From Octopus vulgaris (lineage: Eukaryota), in contig OX597814.1 in assembly GCA_951406725.2 (NCBI GenBank), forward strand, positions 191,456,001 to 191,520,000: a stretch of 64,000 nt of DNA. Direction: 5' to 3'. The notes below the pieces were generated by a model. It did no database searches. It was not told the DNA's origin and was given only the letters and a program-made list of their open reading frames with translations. The position numbers and the translations under genes are program-made. Of the stretch, positions 35,126-49,400 are shown piece after piece. Position 1 is the first letter of the stretch. The number at the start of each line of letters is the position of its first letter.

Positions 35126-38100
35126 GTGTGCTAAAAGTCATACACCGAAACATTTATCACATTATTATTATTCATTTTGTTCATCATGTACAATTGTGTG
35201 TGTATTTATTATTTATTTTGTTCATATTTATAGAAATTGAAGCATGTCTGAATGTGTTGAACTTTTGTGTGTGACTTCTGGCCCACCCTGTATATATATA
35301 TATATATATATGTTTTATATCTTTCTGATAATGACATGACACCCCTGATAAACTGTATCTACATACAGTTTATATATTATGCATTCTGTTATATTATTTT
35401 AATGAATGTGTTGTCCTACTTCTTTTATCTCTATACATCAGTCTTTTCATGCTAAAATAATTCCACAATGAGCTGTCTTTGGAAAAAGATAGCATGTGAT
35501 GTGTCGGTTGAATGAGGTGGTACACGTAACTAGAAATAGGAAGAGGAAGGAACCACTGGCAGCTGTTTGACTGGAGTAGTAAAGGATGTAGTAATGATGG
35601 ATGAGTGATTACTTGAGATGGATGTTCAAAGAAGAATGCTGCTGATTTAGAGTAAGCATTGTAGAAATAGACCCCAGAATGGTCTTTGGTCTTCTTTTTT
35701 TATTTTTGCGATGAAGGCCTAAGGGCTGAAGCATAAATTGAAAACTTATGACAAATGTTACATGTTATTTTTGTTGTTAGGTCTATGATCAAAAGTGTTC
35801 AAGCCGTGAGAATCCTGTCTTCTTAGGGGTATGTAAGGATTAAACTTTTCCTTTTCTTATTTAAGATGTTGGGGGTGTTTGTTCCTCATTTTGTTCAACC
35901 CTTTAACTACAAAATTAAATTTCATGGTTATTCCTGTAATGATGTTAAATATCTACCCCCGCCCTCAAAAAATAGAATTGTTATTTTCTGCAAGTCCTGT
36001 TGCTTCAATAAACTTGATATATCTCAACAAAAAATTGTTTCAAACATGACATACCCTAACAAAAGATTAATTTGTGTCTAAAATGGGTTTTGCAGTTAAG
36101 AGTAATGAAATTTTGTGTGGATATATCTGATTTAGGGTGGCGAACTGGCAGAAACGTTAGCACGCTGGGCGAAATGCGTAGCCATATTTCATCTGCCATT
36201 ACATTCTGAGTTCAAATTCCGCCGAGGTCGACTTTGCCTTTCATCCTTTCGGGGTCGATAAATTAAGTACCAGTTATGCACTGGGGTTGATGTAATCGAC
36301 TTAATCCATTTGTCTGTCCTTGTTTGTCTCCTCTGTGTTTAGGCCCTTGTGGGTAGTAAAGAAATATATATATATCTGATTTCCACAGTAAGATGGTTAA
36401 TGTCTTTCCATGGAAGCATGGGTTTAGATGGGACAGCAGGATATTAAATGATGATGTTGACACTCTTCTTTATCCACTTTTCAAGTAAAGGATTTATATT
36501 TTTATTCCATAAGTGCTTCAAAAGTACATAGCAGCTGGTCATAATGTCAACAAGGATTGTAAATATAATTTACCATTTCGCTCAAGCAAAGCTGTGAGGT
36601 GTCAGCATTCATGCAGAATCATTAGTGCGTCATAAAAAATGGCAATTACACACACACACATATATTTCTTTATTGCCCACAAGGGGCTAAACATAGAGGG
36701 GACAAACAAGGACAGACAAAGGGATTAAGTCAATTACATCAACTCCAGTGCGTAACTGGTACTAAATTTATCGACCCCGAAAGGATGAAAGGCAAAGTTG
36801 ACCTCGGTGGAATTTGAACTCAGAACGTAACGACAGACGAGATACAGCTACACATTTTGCCCAGCATACTAACGATTCTGCCAGCTCGCCGTACATATAT
36901 ATATAGGTGCAAATCTAGCTGTGGGATTAACCAACTTCATTCCTAACCATACGGTTTCAGGATTAGTCTCATTTTATGGCACCTTAGGCAGGTGTCTTCC
37001 ACTCTTGCCCCAGGCTGACCAAATCTTTGTAAGTGAATTTGGTAGATGGAGACTGAAAGAAACTTATCATATATATGTTTGTGTGTGTGGTTGTGTGTAC
37101 TCTTGTCTTGTGATGCTTATAAAAGAGTATCACCATCATACAAATGAGGGCTAGGGACAAGAAGTGCATCAAACTGAAGAAAGCTTGCCTCGAAAATTTT
37201 CAACTAATGCTTGCAGGCATGTGTAGACATAGTCGAGTGGTGAAAAAGTCTGTTTATCAAACATGTAATTCCAAGTTCAGTCCCACTGTGTGACACCTTG
37301 GGCAAGTGTCTTCTACTATACATCTGATCCAACCAATGCCAAGTAAAGGAATTTCATAGACAGAAACTGAAAGAAACCCATTACATATGTTTTTGAGTGT
37401 GAGACTGTCTGTTAATATTTGTAACCTACCCTGAGCTGTGGCTACAAATGGTAATGTAATTTTTGTCACTGGACAGCAACCACTGTCATTTACTGACATC
37501 TCATGTCAGCAACTCACCCGCTAATTCTGAACCTTTGAATTTCTCTGGAATAAAAAATCCTTTAGTTGAAAAACAAGGAAAGTTAGCGACAGGAAGAGCA
37601 TCCAACCAGCCTTTTGTTGACAAATACTGTGCAAGTGAAATTAGTAGATATCTTTGTGTACCAGTGTAAAGCAGACAACAAATCAAGGCCCTGTATGCCC
37701 AAGAGGTAAAACTTAGGCATTTAATAAATATTGATTGCAAAAATAAGCACCAGAAGGAAATAAATACTAAGGTTAATATCCTTAATGAAAATTTTTGAAT
37801 ATTCTGGGATAACTATGTTTGATGAAAATTCTTGAATGTAGTTACCCCAGCATGGCCATAATTCCACTACTGACTGTTGTAAATGAATAAAGGAAGAGAA
37901 TATATTATGGCTAGCTGTGTTGTTAAAAAATTTGCTTTGCTACTATGTGGTTTAGGTTTCAGTCCCCCTGCATAGCACTTTGGGTAAGTGCCCTCTTCTA
38001 TAGCCCTGGGCCAACTAAAGTCTTGTGAGTGGATTTAGTAGATGGAAATTGAAAGAAGCCCATTGTGTACATATATGTGTGCGTGTATGTCTCCTTCCCT

Positions 38101-38387
38101 TGACTTGGTGTGCCAATTAAAAACGAGTATCACTGTCATAAAAGCACTACCCTTTGTTTCCAATCTTCCATGAAAACATGTCTGGCTATGAGGAAATATC
38201 TTGCTTGGAAGCAGAAAGGGTATAAAAAACCTGCCTCAACCAATTCCATTTGACCGTTGCAAGTATGGAACACTGATATTCGTGTAAGTGTGTGTGTGTG
38301 TGTGTGTGTGTTTGCATGTTTAGATATAATTTGAAAATATCTTCTAAGTTCTGTTTTTTAATAAGGAAAGAACAACACTTGAAAGTC

Positions 38388-38439
38388 ATGGATAGAAGAC
38401 GCTACTTGAATTTTTCCAAGGCTGATGGGAAATCTGAAG
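38388..38439 (+). CDS. DDX42: DDX42 putative first coding exon (MDRRRYLNFSKADGKSE-G)
   Basis: Acceptor ttttttaataag ending 38365, ATG in gtcATGg context, strong donor G|gtaagt. Phase 1 joins in frame to the 44214 exon, which has no Met of its own. Confidence 0.7.
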
Positions 38440-41400
38440 GTAAGTGTACTTTGAATATTTGATAATGATTGTTAATGATTTTGATTATTTTTGGCTGTGA
38501 GTTGACAAAAATGAGCAATGTTGCCTCTGTTCACTTTAGTGGAATTTTTACTTGTATCTAGTTTTTTTTCATCCTTTTTACTTCTGGCTCCCAACATATT
38601 TCCTACCCAAACACAAGTACTCACGTATTGTCAGTCACTGAAGAATAAGGTTTAACACATGACCTATGTTGTTGTTGTTGTGGTCTAGACCCAAGTTAAG
38701 CAGATCTTTGATCAGAGGCCACAACTAGTCTAGCCTTGACCACTCTTTATTCTCAGCTATAGTTTATCTCGGACTGTATTCAGCTAGGTGCCCTGCCTGT
38801 GATCAGAGATTGAATTGCCAAGAATCTCCAGTCCCTTCTGTCCAGTGCTGCATGCATACAATCAACCAGGCTCTTGTTTCCAGCCCATTCTCTTATCTTC
38901 AGCCTACAAATATCTTTGATTACCCCTTGCTCTCTTCCCCTCAACACTTCCTCTTGAGATGATCTTGGGCAATGACTTGTGGTGCATATCATCATCATCA
39001 TCATCGTTTAACGTCCGCTTTCCATGCTAGCATGGGTTGGACGATTTTGACTGAGGGCTGGTGAACCAGATGGCTGAACCAGGCTCCAATCTTGATCTAG
39101 CAGAGTTTCTACAGCTGGATGCCCTTCCTAACACCAACCACTCCGAGAGTGTAGTGGGTGCTTTTTACATGCCACCAGCATGGGGGCCAGTCAGGCAGTA
39201 CTGGCAACGACCTTGCTCGAATCTTTTTACACATGCCACTGGCACAGGTGCCTTTTACATGCCACCGGCAAGGAAGCCAGTCAGTCGCTCTGGCAAACCA
39301 TATATTCCATATATTTTTTTTTTCAAGGGCAGAGGATGATTTATAAGAGATTTTTGCTGTTATTTCCAGCAGTGTGAGTGACCACATGTAGAAGCTTTCC
39401 CATTGATTTATATCAATCTCTGTAATATCTCTTAATGAGTACAATTCAATAGGTGGTGAATTGAGAGTTCTTAGAGCATCAAAACTGAATGTCTCTAGTG
39501 TTTGTTCTGAAACCTGGCATTTTGAGTTCAAATCATGCTGAGGTCTACTTTGCTTTCTATCCTATTGGGAGTCAGTATTAAAAAAATGTTTCAATCTAGG
39601 CTGTTGGGTTAATAAAACTGATGATGATGATGATGATGATGATACAAGGTTAGATCAAAATGGTTTTTGATATTTGTTCTGGCACTTTGCATTCAGACTC
39701 CAAATCATACCATGGCCTCATTCAGTAATTGGTTTAAATCACCTGGTTTAACACCACCATCTAGCACCATGTGTGCCTTTAGCTTAGTCCTCTCAGTTAC
39801 AAACATTCAAGCCAGGTCTCTGATTTGAGGATACCTTTCCCCTTTTCTCTCATTAGTCTTGGAGGCCCTCTCTCTTGACTTGAAAAGAAGTCAAAATAAA
39901 ATATACATCATCAGCCATGGTCATCAGTCATTTTTCTCTCTCTCTCTCTCCCACCTTCCTTCCTTCTCCTCTGTTCTACTGGGATGGCCAAGTATCTCCT
40001 CTATAGTAAGACAATTATTGCTGTCCCTCTATTATACTCTACCCTCTTGCCTAGCACACATCCACTTCCTTTGGTTCCACTTCCTCTCTCAACTAAGAGG
40101 TCTTTGTCTTGTGAATGAGTTACTTGGCAACCATGCTGGTTCTGGTGCCATGTGAAAAGCACCCAAGCCAGTGTCACCTATGACACCTGCCACATAAAAA
40201 GCACCTGTGCTGGTGCCACTTAAAAAGCATCCAGTATGCTCTGTAAAGTGGTTGGCATTAGGAAGAATACCCAGCTGTAGAAACGATGCCAAAAAAAGAC
40301 AATTGAAGCCTGGTGCAGCTCTCTTGCTTGGAAGCTCCTGTCAAACCATCCAACCCATGCCAGCTTAGAAAACAGACGTTAAATGATGATTATGATGGTG
40401 ACAAAATAAACCATGCAATCATTCTGTAAATAAACACATAATGTCATTCCTCATATTTGTGATATCCTGCATCCACTGAATGTGATATCTATCACCAGTC
40501 TTGTATTTGTCATCAAATGCATGTCTGTTATTGTTTCTTGCTGTCATATTTATTTCTTTATTGCTCCCAAACTTTTAGTTTTGATGTGAATGGTGGAGAA
40601 GTTTCTCACACCCGCTTTTGGCAAGCATCTGATGATTAGTGTATTTCTTCCCCTACATCCCTATATTTCCTTCACTTCATTAGCATTTGTGAGGTCACTA
40701 TGTAGTTTGCGAATCTAAGAAACTCAAGACTTTGACTTGATACTGGGAGGCGAAGATTAAATCGTGAGAGAAGTGTGTGGGGCAGAGTAGCGCACACTGT
40801 ATAGTGGTTGATGTCAGGAGAGTCATCTAGCTGTAGAGTCCATGTCAAAGCTGACATTAGAGCATGATGCAGTCTTTGGCCCTATTGGATCCTGTCAAAT
40901 AGTATGGAACATGGATATTAAGTGATGCTGAATGTTGATGATTACATCTGTCACTAGCATCAAATATCATCATCATCATCGTTTAACGTCCGCTTTCCAT
41001 GCTAGCATGGGTTGGACGATTTGACTGAGGACTGGCGAACCAGATGGCTGCACCAGGCTCCAATCTGATCTGGCAGAGTTTCTACAGCTGGATGCCCTTC
41101 CTAATGCCAACCACTCCGAGAGTGTAGTGGGTGCTTTTTACGTGCCACCAGCATGATATATTGTTACTCTCAAATGTAATATTTGTCATTAAATACAATA
41201 TTTTTCCTACAGGATTTCCTACCCAAACTCACTACAAACTCATGTTAGGAAATCTTTCTCTCTACTATCCAACCATCATCATCATCATCGTTTGATGTCC
41301 GTTTTATATGCTAGCATGGGTTGGACGGTTTGACTGAGGGTCTGGGAAGCCAGGAGGCTGTGCCAGACTCCAGTCTGATCTGGCAGTGTTTCTACAGCTG

Positions 41401-42149
41401 GATACCCTTCCTAATGCCAACCACTCCATGAGTGTAGTGGGTGCTTTTTACGTGCCACTGGAGGCTGGCAAACGGTACCAGTTGTATAATTCTATGTCAG
41501 CTCTGATTAAGTAAACCTATGAATATAAGTTCTTTATTTCTTTCTGGATACACTGCATCTAGTACCACATTATCCGAATTCTTCTTTTCCGAAAGTGCAG
41601 GGATGATTTGAAAGAGATTTGGGTGTTATTTCTAGCAGGTCTGACGACCCTACAGAGGTTTCCTTCTTCTCTCAGTTCTTGCATTGATATTTTTAATGTA
41701 GTTGTTAAGGCCCAGGACAACTCTAGTTGAGCAGACTTGAAATTAACCCTTTAGCATTCAGCTTATTCTGTCAGATGTAATACTTTTTTTTTCCATATTC
41801 TTTTCAATTAATCATGTATTATCTTGTACTTCAAGATTTTTATGATGTGATTGTTTATTTTTAGAATGACATTGTAGGGTAGGTGTGAGAGGCCGGATCT
41901 GGGTTTAAACATAAAACAAGTAGAATATTTGGGCCACAGCTGGTTTAAACACTAAAGGGTTAAAACCATGACCACCCTGTGTTATTGTTTACTTATGACT
42001 ATATTATCCTATATGATTTTATCTTTTACATGACAGTAGAGTGTGATTTAATTGAGGTTTGGCTGCTATTTCAAACAGTTTGAATGACTACATAGAGGCT
42101 CACTCCTTGTCTTATATGTGTTTATATAGTGTTTGTATGTATATATACT

Positions 42150-43332
42150 AAAACTATTTATATGGGGTGTATATATTCATGTATATACTATTTATATGGG
42201 ATGTATATATATTCATGTAAATACTATTTATATGGGGTGTATATATATTCATGTATATACTATTTATATGGGGTGTATATATATTCATGTAAATACTATT
42301 TATATGGGGTGTATATATATTCATGTATATACTATTTATATGGGATGTATATATATTCATGTAAATACTATTTATATGGGGTGTGTATATATTCATGTAT
42401 ATACTATTTATATGGGGTGTATATATATTCATGTATATACTATTTATATGGGGTGTATATATATTCATGTATATACTATTTATATGGGGTGTATATATAT
42501 TCATGTATATACTATTTATATGGGGTGTATATATATTCATGTATATACTATTTATATGGGGTGTATATATATTCATGTATATACTATTTATATGGGGTGT
42601 ATATATATTCATGTATATACTATTTATATGGGGTGTATATATATTCATGTAAATACTATTTATATGGGGTGTATATATATTCATGTATATACTATTTATA
42701 TGGGGTGTATATATATTCATGTATATACTATTTATATGGGGTGTATATATATTCATGTAAATACTATTTATATGGGGTGTATATATATTCATGTATATAC
42801 TATTTATATGGGGTGTATATATATTCATGTAAATACTATTTATATGGGGTGTATATATATTCATGTATATACTATTTATATGGGATGTATATATATTCAT
42901 GTAAATACTATTTATATGGGGTGTGTATATATTCATGTATATACTATTTATATGGGGTGTATATATATTCATGTATATACTATTTATATGGGGTGTATAT
43001 ATATTCATGTATATACTATTTATATGGGGTGTATATATATTCATGTATATACTATTTATATGGGGTGTATATATATTCATGTAAATACTATTTATATGGG
43101 GTGTATATATATTCATGTATATACTATTTATATGGGGTATATATATTCATGTATATACTATTTATATGGAGTGTATATATATTCATGTAAATACTATTTA
43201 TATGGGGTGTATATATATTCATGTATATACTATTTATATGGGGTGTATATATATTCATGTATATACTATTTATATGGGGTGTATATATTCATGTATATAC
43301 TATTTATAAGGGGTGTATATATATATTCATGT
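42150..43332. repeat. 36-bp minisatellite, about 33 copies, in a DDX42 intron
   Basis: Unit tatttatatggggtgtatatatattcatgtatatac; explains the 12-aa periodic ORFs. Confidence 0.97.
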
Positions 43333-44213
43333 ATGGTTTGTTGTTTCTATTTAGCCTAGGTCAGCCTCAATCATGCAAACTTCTGATCACAGACATTCCA
43401 GCTATGACTGTCCTATTTTTCTTTGTGCAACTGGTAAGGGGTGTTTGAGGGAGATTTTGTTACTATTTTTAGCCAACCAAGTGACCACAACATAGTGACG
43501 CCCTCCATATTCCTTGGCTAGTCTTCCAAGTTGTTGCAATTAGCTTGAGGCAATTCTACTTCAGAGCTACTTATTGTGGAAACTCATACTTAGCTGATGT
43601 CTATTTTTCTTGCATCAGTAGCAACATCTCTCTCTCTCTCTCTCTCTCATTCATTCACTCACTCACTCTCTTTTTCTCTATTCTTCCCTTTCCTCACTCC
43701 CCCCCACCAACTCTACCATTGCTCTTCTCCTCCTCTTCCTCACCTTTATCATGTCTAATTTTCACTGCTATTTTGTAACCAACATGTTAATCACTAATTG
43801 AGATGTTATCATTCACTTGAGCTAGTCTTTCTGATGATTAAATCACCATGGCAACTGAATTCAGCTGTTTCTACTCAGCCATTATCATGGTGACAATGGG
43901 TTTTCTTTCCTCATGTCCTCCATTGATTCAGAGGAGCTAGAGGCAAATGTCTGTCTTCTTAAAGATGGGGGAAAGGATCTGGCCATAGAAAATGCGCCTC
44001 AAGGAATTTTGTCTGACGCGTGCAAATGTGGAAAAGTGAGTCTTAAGATGATGATGATGGCAGTGGCACCATCATCATCAACATTGTTTTAATGTCCAGT
44101 TTAATAACCTTGCTTGCTTGATAAGTAAATTTCTCACCTATACAGCTATATGTGTACCTGTGGCATCATCATCACTATTGTTATCATTTGTTTTTCCATT
44201 TTTTTTTTTACAG

Positions 44214-44430
44214 GTTCTAATTCTCTTAAATTCAATAAAGGAGGTGATGGACGTCCTCGAGGCTTTGGCTTTCAGGGGTTTGCTATTAATAAGAAGCCTG
44301 CAGAACCCCAAAATGTTAAACCACCTGGAACTGAAACTCTCGGTTTTACACCTGGCAGTACACTTTTTCCCGGCAGATCATACGGTTTTCATACGAACAT
44401 TGGAAAGAAAAGAGTAAAAAGTGAAGAAGA
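44214..44430 (+). CDS. DDX42: DDX42 coding exon (N-terminal GFGF region)
   Basis: FNKGGDGRPRGFGFQGFAI...IGKKRVKSEE resembles DDX42 WNKGGPGTKRGFGFGGFAI...IGSKR; poly-T acag acceptor and gtaagt donor. Confidence 0.9.
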
Positions 44431-46122
44431 GTAAGTTTATTATTGAATATTGTTGTCATTCTCTTAAGGAACCAAACCAGCTTTGGTTAATTGGTTAATC
44501 AGAATTTTAATTTTAAGATTGTGTTCTTGATCTACTTCTTGTTTGTTTTTACATCCATTTATCCCTGCCTCCCCTTGTTGGAATTATCATGAGTAATCTT
44601 TAGTAAATGTTTATATTTCCATCTGAATTATTAGAGTATCAGATAGAATACCTTGTTGGGTATTTGTCCTATCTCTTTGCATTCTGAGTTCAAATCTTGC
44701 CTTGGCCTGTTTGGGTGCTTGGCCTTTTTCTCTGTTGCCCATTTTACCATTATTATTTGCTCCTTTGGTACCTTTAACATGTGGGAGTGCATGGCTTAGT
44801 GGTTGAGGTGTTAGACTCATGATCTATAAGATAGTGATTTCAATTCCTGGACCAGACGATGCGTTGTGTCCTTGAGCAAAGCACTTCATTTCATGTTGCT
44901 CCAGTCCACTCAGCTGGCAAAAATGAGTAATCCACAGGAGGACTATATTCACAATGGAAACCGGATAACTGGCCCTATGAGTCTATATAACTCAGAAAGG
45001 ATCCCTATTTTATCTTTTAACAAAATCCATGATGTTGCAAACATTTGAGCCAGGTCTCCGGTTTCAGGATACCTTTCTTTCATCTTTGCACCTCCCACCA
45101 GTCTTGGAGGCTTTATAAAGGGCCGTGGGCACTTCCTTTCCCTCCTGATGGAGCAATAACATAATTTATTTTTACTAGTTGCACTTTGAAAATATGCACA
45201 TCTTAGACTCTTTAGCCCCTCATCTTCACTACTCAAAAGCCACTTGACTGGTTAGCATGGTGTCTAATACACTTGAATGTCTAGTGCATAAGTGTGCATT
45301 CTGCTTTTTCTAACACTACTAGGCTTTTGTTCCCAAGAATTGGTATGCCCACCACTGTCCAGGCTGCTGTTTTCTGGTCTAATCTCTTTTCGTCTCTTCT
45401 CTTGTGTTGTGTCTACACTACTAGCCCCCACCTCCTCTACTAACCATTATTGCTAAATTCCTTCTCTGCCCACGTTCTTCTCAATAGCTGTTGACTGAGA
45501 AAAAATCCCCTTGTCAAGAACATCCTCTGCTTTGATTTTATTGGTTTTGGAGGGGAAATAGAGGGGATAATGACAGCAGAAAGATCAGAAATGGATTGCA
45601 GAGGGGAGAAGATAGGAGTGTACTATTGAGAGTACTCAGTAACCTAGGGTGTGTACATTTGCCCAGGTTACTGAGTGAGGAGGGGAATGACAGAAGGAGA
45701 TAGGGACAAAGGGAGAAATAGAGTGCAAAGACAATAGAAGGATCAGAATGGTAGGGAGGGTGGAAGAAACAAAAGTATAATAGGGCAAGAAGCAGGGATA
45801 TTTAGGAGAGGAGTCGGGAGGGGAGTAACTGGCAATAGCAGAGGTAGTCGAAGATAAGGATGGGTAATGAGATAAAAGCAAGGGTAGATGTTTGCTTTCA
45901 GTGACCCAAAAATACTTTGGCCAAAACAGATTCAGTGTCCAGTTAGCCATGCCAAATCACCAGCATCCAAAAGTTGCACCCAGTCATTCCATTCTTGCCA
46001 GTCCACATGGAGGAATTTGCTAAGTCTGTTGATACAAGTTGTCATCATCATCACTGTATGAAATAATCTATAAACAACCTACCTTTCACTCCAAATTTTA
46101 TCCACAAAATTTTCTTCCACAG

Positions 46123-46261
46123 ATATTTTGACGACGACGACGATGAAAACCTTGATTTGGAGTACCAACCGGCACCTGGTAGCCCTGGAGTGGACAAAGA
46201 AGAAGGTGATGACAACAGTGATAGTGACGACCCATTGGATGCATTTATGGCTAATATTGAG
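46123..46261 (+). CDS. DDX42: DDX42 coding exon
   Basis: YFDDDDDENLDLEYQPAPGSP...DSDDPLDAFMANIE (DDX42 DSDDDPLEAFMAEVE motif); cag/gtaagt; phase 2 to 0. Confidence 0.93.
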
Positions 46262-47090
46262 GTAAGTTAGCAGTTTGACCAATTGCCAGTGGTCATTCTC
46301 TGTTTTCTTTGTTTATCGACAGTTACCCAGGATCATGCCTACTTGCAAGGTATGCTTTTCAGGTATAAATTATGGCAACAGTAGTAATGTTGATGATTTC
46401 TATTATTATTATTATTATTATTATTATTATCTTTATTGTTTGTTATTTGCAGAGAAACTGGAAGAATATTGAGCTTCTCAGTTAGATTTTTTTGTTCAAT
46501 TATTTTGATGAATGAATTTTTAGCACATCTGGTATTCTGTGAAATTAATGTAGAAAAGGGATCATTTTGATAGTGTTGTAATTGCTTTTAACATACCTTA
46601 CTACTACACACATACATATACACATGCACACACACACACACACATGGAGGTATTTACTCTCATACACTCATAAAATGTCAGTAAAAATCTTTTCTTAATT
46701 TTACGAATTTTTACACAATATTTCAATCACCAACCCCGGTGATTAACTTTTGAATTACTTGAAGTTAATGTCATGAATGTTCTTGGAAGCTTTGAATGTC
46801 GCAACTTAATAAACTTTTGTATTTGTCAATCAGTTTTAGTCTTCTTTTGAACAAACAAAAAAATACTGATAGACTATTAACTCTCTCTCATATGCATATA
46901 TTTTTGACAGAAGCAAGTGTGTATTGGTGTAGATATGGCAATGTGGTAAGAAGTTTGATTCCCAACTGTTAGGTTCTACCAAATTGATTTGTAAGGCTTT
47001 GATTGGTCTGCGACAATAGCAGAAAACACTTGGTCAAGATGCCAGGCAGTGGAACTGAACCTGAAACCATGTGGTTGGGAAGCAAACCTC

Positions 47091-47133
<43 letters not shown>

Positions 47134-47776
47134 TGTATATGTATATGTGCACATATATATGTGCATATGCACATATACATGTGCACATATATATGCATAT
47201 GCACATATACATGTGCATATATATGTGAATATGTATATGCACATATATATATATATATATGCACATATATATATGCACATATATATGCATATATATATAT
47301 GCACATATATATATGCATATATATATATATATACATATATATATGCATATATATACATGTATGTATATATATGTATATACATACGTACGTACGTAAAAAA
47401 ATACATAAGTATGTATGTACATAAAAAATACAGAAGTTTGTACGTACGTATGTATTTTTTTTTTTTTGTGTGTGTATATGTCTGTAAATTTCAGGAGAGT
47501 AAGAAAGACTGTTTGGGATAGTTTATTAAGATATTTGTATTAGTTTCAAAACAAGCGTTCTCTGACTTTTTTCATTTTCAACAGTTAGAGCAGTTGAAAG
47601 GAGTGTTTGTTGCTTCCTCACTTGCGCACAAGCACACACACACACACACACACGCACATACATTCTAACCATTCCTCCTGACTCGAGTAAAACAGCAGCT
47701 TCAGTGCTTCTGGCGCCATCCGTTTCGGTGCCGCTGTAACAATTAGAACTCGCTGTACTTCTGTATTTACTTTCAG

Positions 47777-47832
47777 AAAGAGGTGAAAGATCAGGACAAC
47801 AAAATGAAAAAAGAAACCCCAAAGACTGACAA
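47777..47832 (+). CDS. DDX42: DDX42 coding exon (short, charged)
   Basis: KEVKDQDNKMKKETPKTD-K; tttcag/gtaagt; phase 0 to 2 exactly bridges the flanking exons. Confidence 0.85.
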
Positions 47833-48126
47833 GTAAGTAATTCTGCTGAACATCCTCTCTTTCATTTCTGTGCCTTCTGTGGTATCCTTTGTAGAGTGTA
47901 GGCATTGGACTAGGTAGGCATTACTCGCTGACTTATAAAACAGCAAATTAATCGTTTTGTTTGCTCCTGTATTTGGTTCAGCAGGTTTGAAGGAGCTTAC
48001 GGTTACCTCACTTTTTCAATTGTCTTTGTTTGTTGTCATTCCTGCTGCATTGTTTTTTTTGTTTTTTTTTACTGTTTGTGTAAATTTCGATAAAACTTAT
48101 CACTTGCCACTTTCCGTTTCTTACAG

Positions 48127-48280
48127 AGGGGTTCGGGAAGATATTGAACAGGAAGATGATCAGGAATCGTACTTCCGATACATGGAGGAGAATCCAACTG
48201 CTGGTCTATTGAAAGATGACGAGGAAATAGAAGTTGAATACGATGCTGAAGGCAATGCCATTATTCCTGAGAAAATGAAG
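48127..48280 (+). CDS. DDX42: DDX42 coding exon
   Basis: GVREDIEQEDDQESYFRYMEENPTAG...EYDAEGNAI matches DDX42 GIRDDIEEEDDQEAYFRYMAENPTAG. Confidence 0.96.
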
Positions 48281-48921
48281 GTAATTGTTTTTATTTTTTT
48301 ACTTGTTGCAGTTGCTGGACTGCAGCCATGCTGGGGCACTGCCTTGAAGTGTTTAGTTGAACAAATCAATCAATTCCCAGGGTTTTCCGAAAATCTGCCC
48401 AGGGCTGTTAAATGGAAAATTCTATTTTACAAAACTATTTTTTGGCTTAAATAACTGCCCACCTATAATAAGAGCCCATGGGTGGTAATATGGAAGTAAA
48501 ATATTTCACTGTATTTGTTTTATACAATTCCATTGAACTTCTATCATTTTAGTTATCAGATATATAGACATAAAGAAAGTGAAAGAGCCTTAAAAGAAAT
48601 AGCATATTAAAAAATATTCTGAAGTTAACAATGGATCTATTAGGAAATATTGAAAATTAAACTGTTGAAAACATGAATAGAAGCTTCATATGAACAAATA
48701 ATGTCCTTGGGCATTTATGGTTGAATAATAACCGAATAGAGTAGTTGTATACTGTCGACTTAATGTGACAGTCCCATGAAGGGAATCACACCACTGCTAT
48801 TTAGCCCTAGGAAGCATCAACGCTTCCTGTCAGCCTTGACACATTTCCTGTGTTCTTATGTTTACAAAGGGGAGTCAAGCACCTCAAGATTCAGAAACTA
48901 GTCTCTGGATGCAGGCTTAGC

Positions 48922-48953
<32 letters not shown>

Positions 48954-49039
48954 CATGCATGCATGTGTGTGTATATATATATATATATATACATGATGAT
49001 GATGGTTGTCTATTTGTGACTGAGGAAGACCATTGCTGA

Positions 49040-49400
49040 CCTTCAGGAACATTGTGTACTCTAGGACTAACATAGTTTGCATTTGCAGCTCCATTGGTGT
49101 CTAATGAGCCTTGTTCTTGACAAGCATGCATGACTGCAAAGATTGCAAACCAAGCGTTCCTCATTCACTACACCAGCAATTCACTTTTGAGCATCATGCT
49201 TAAGTTCTTCATGCAGAATACGGTTTCTCTCAAAAGTGTTGACCCCCTCCTGAACCTGCTCCCTCCATCTGTGACGATGACAGGCATTGCTCTCCCAGTC
49301 AGTCTCCTGCATATCACAGGCCTTTAATGTGGACTTGACACAGTCCTTAAATCGCAGTGTTGGTTTCTGCTGGGGTCTCTTTCCATTCACAAGTTCCCCA
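49040..49400 (-). mobile_element. RTE/BovB-like LINE 3' remnant
   Basis: YGELVNGKRPQQKPTLRFKDCVKSTLK...WE..A..R..WR..V.EGV..FE, followed by a C2H2-like CNLCSH..LS..RL.RH. Confidence 0.75.

Noticed and set aside
42129-43359. Long ORFs of 320-408 aa; spaced-repeat or CRISPR-like appearance
   Set aside because: Translations of a stop-free 36-bp minisatellite; units are contiguous with no unique spacers and no cas genes.
45540-45960. Pyrimidine-rich minus-strand ORF, possibly an old Penelope RT remnant (similar tract at 11140-11400)
   Set aside because: Too degenerate to recover diagnostic motifs by eye.
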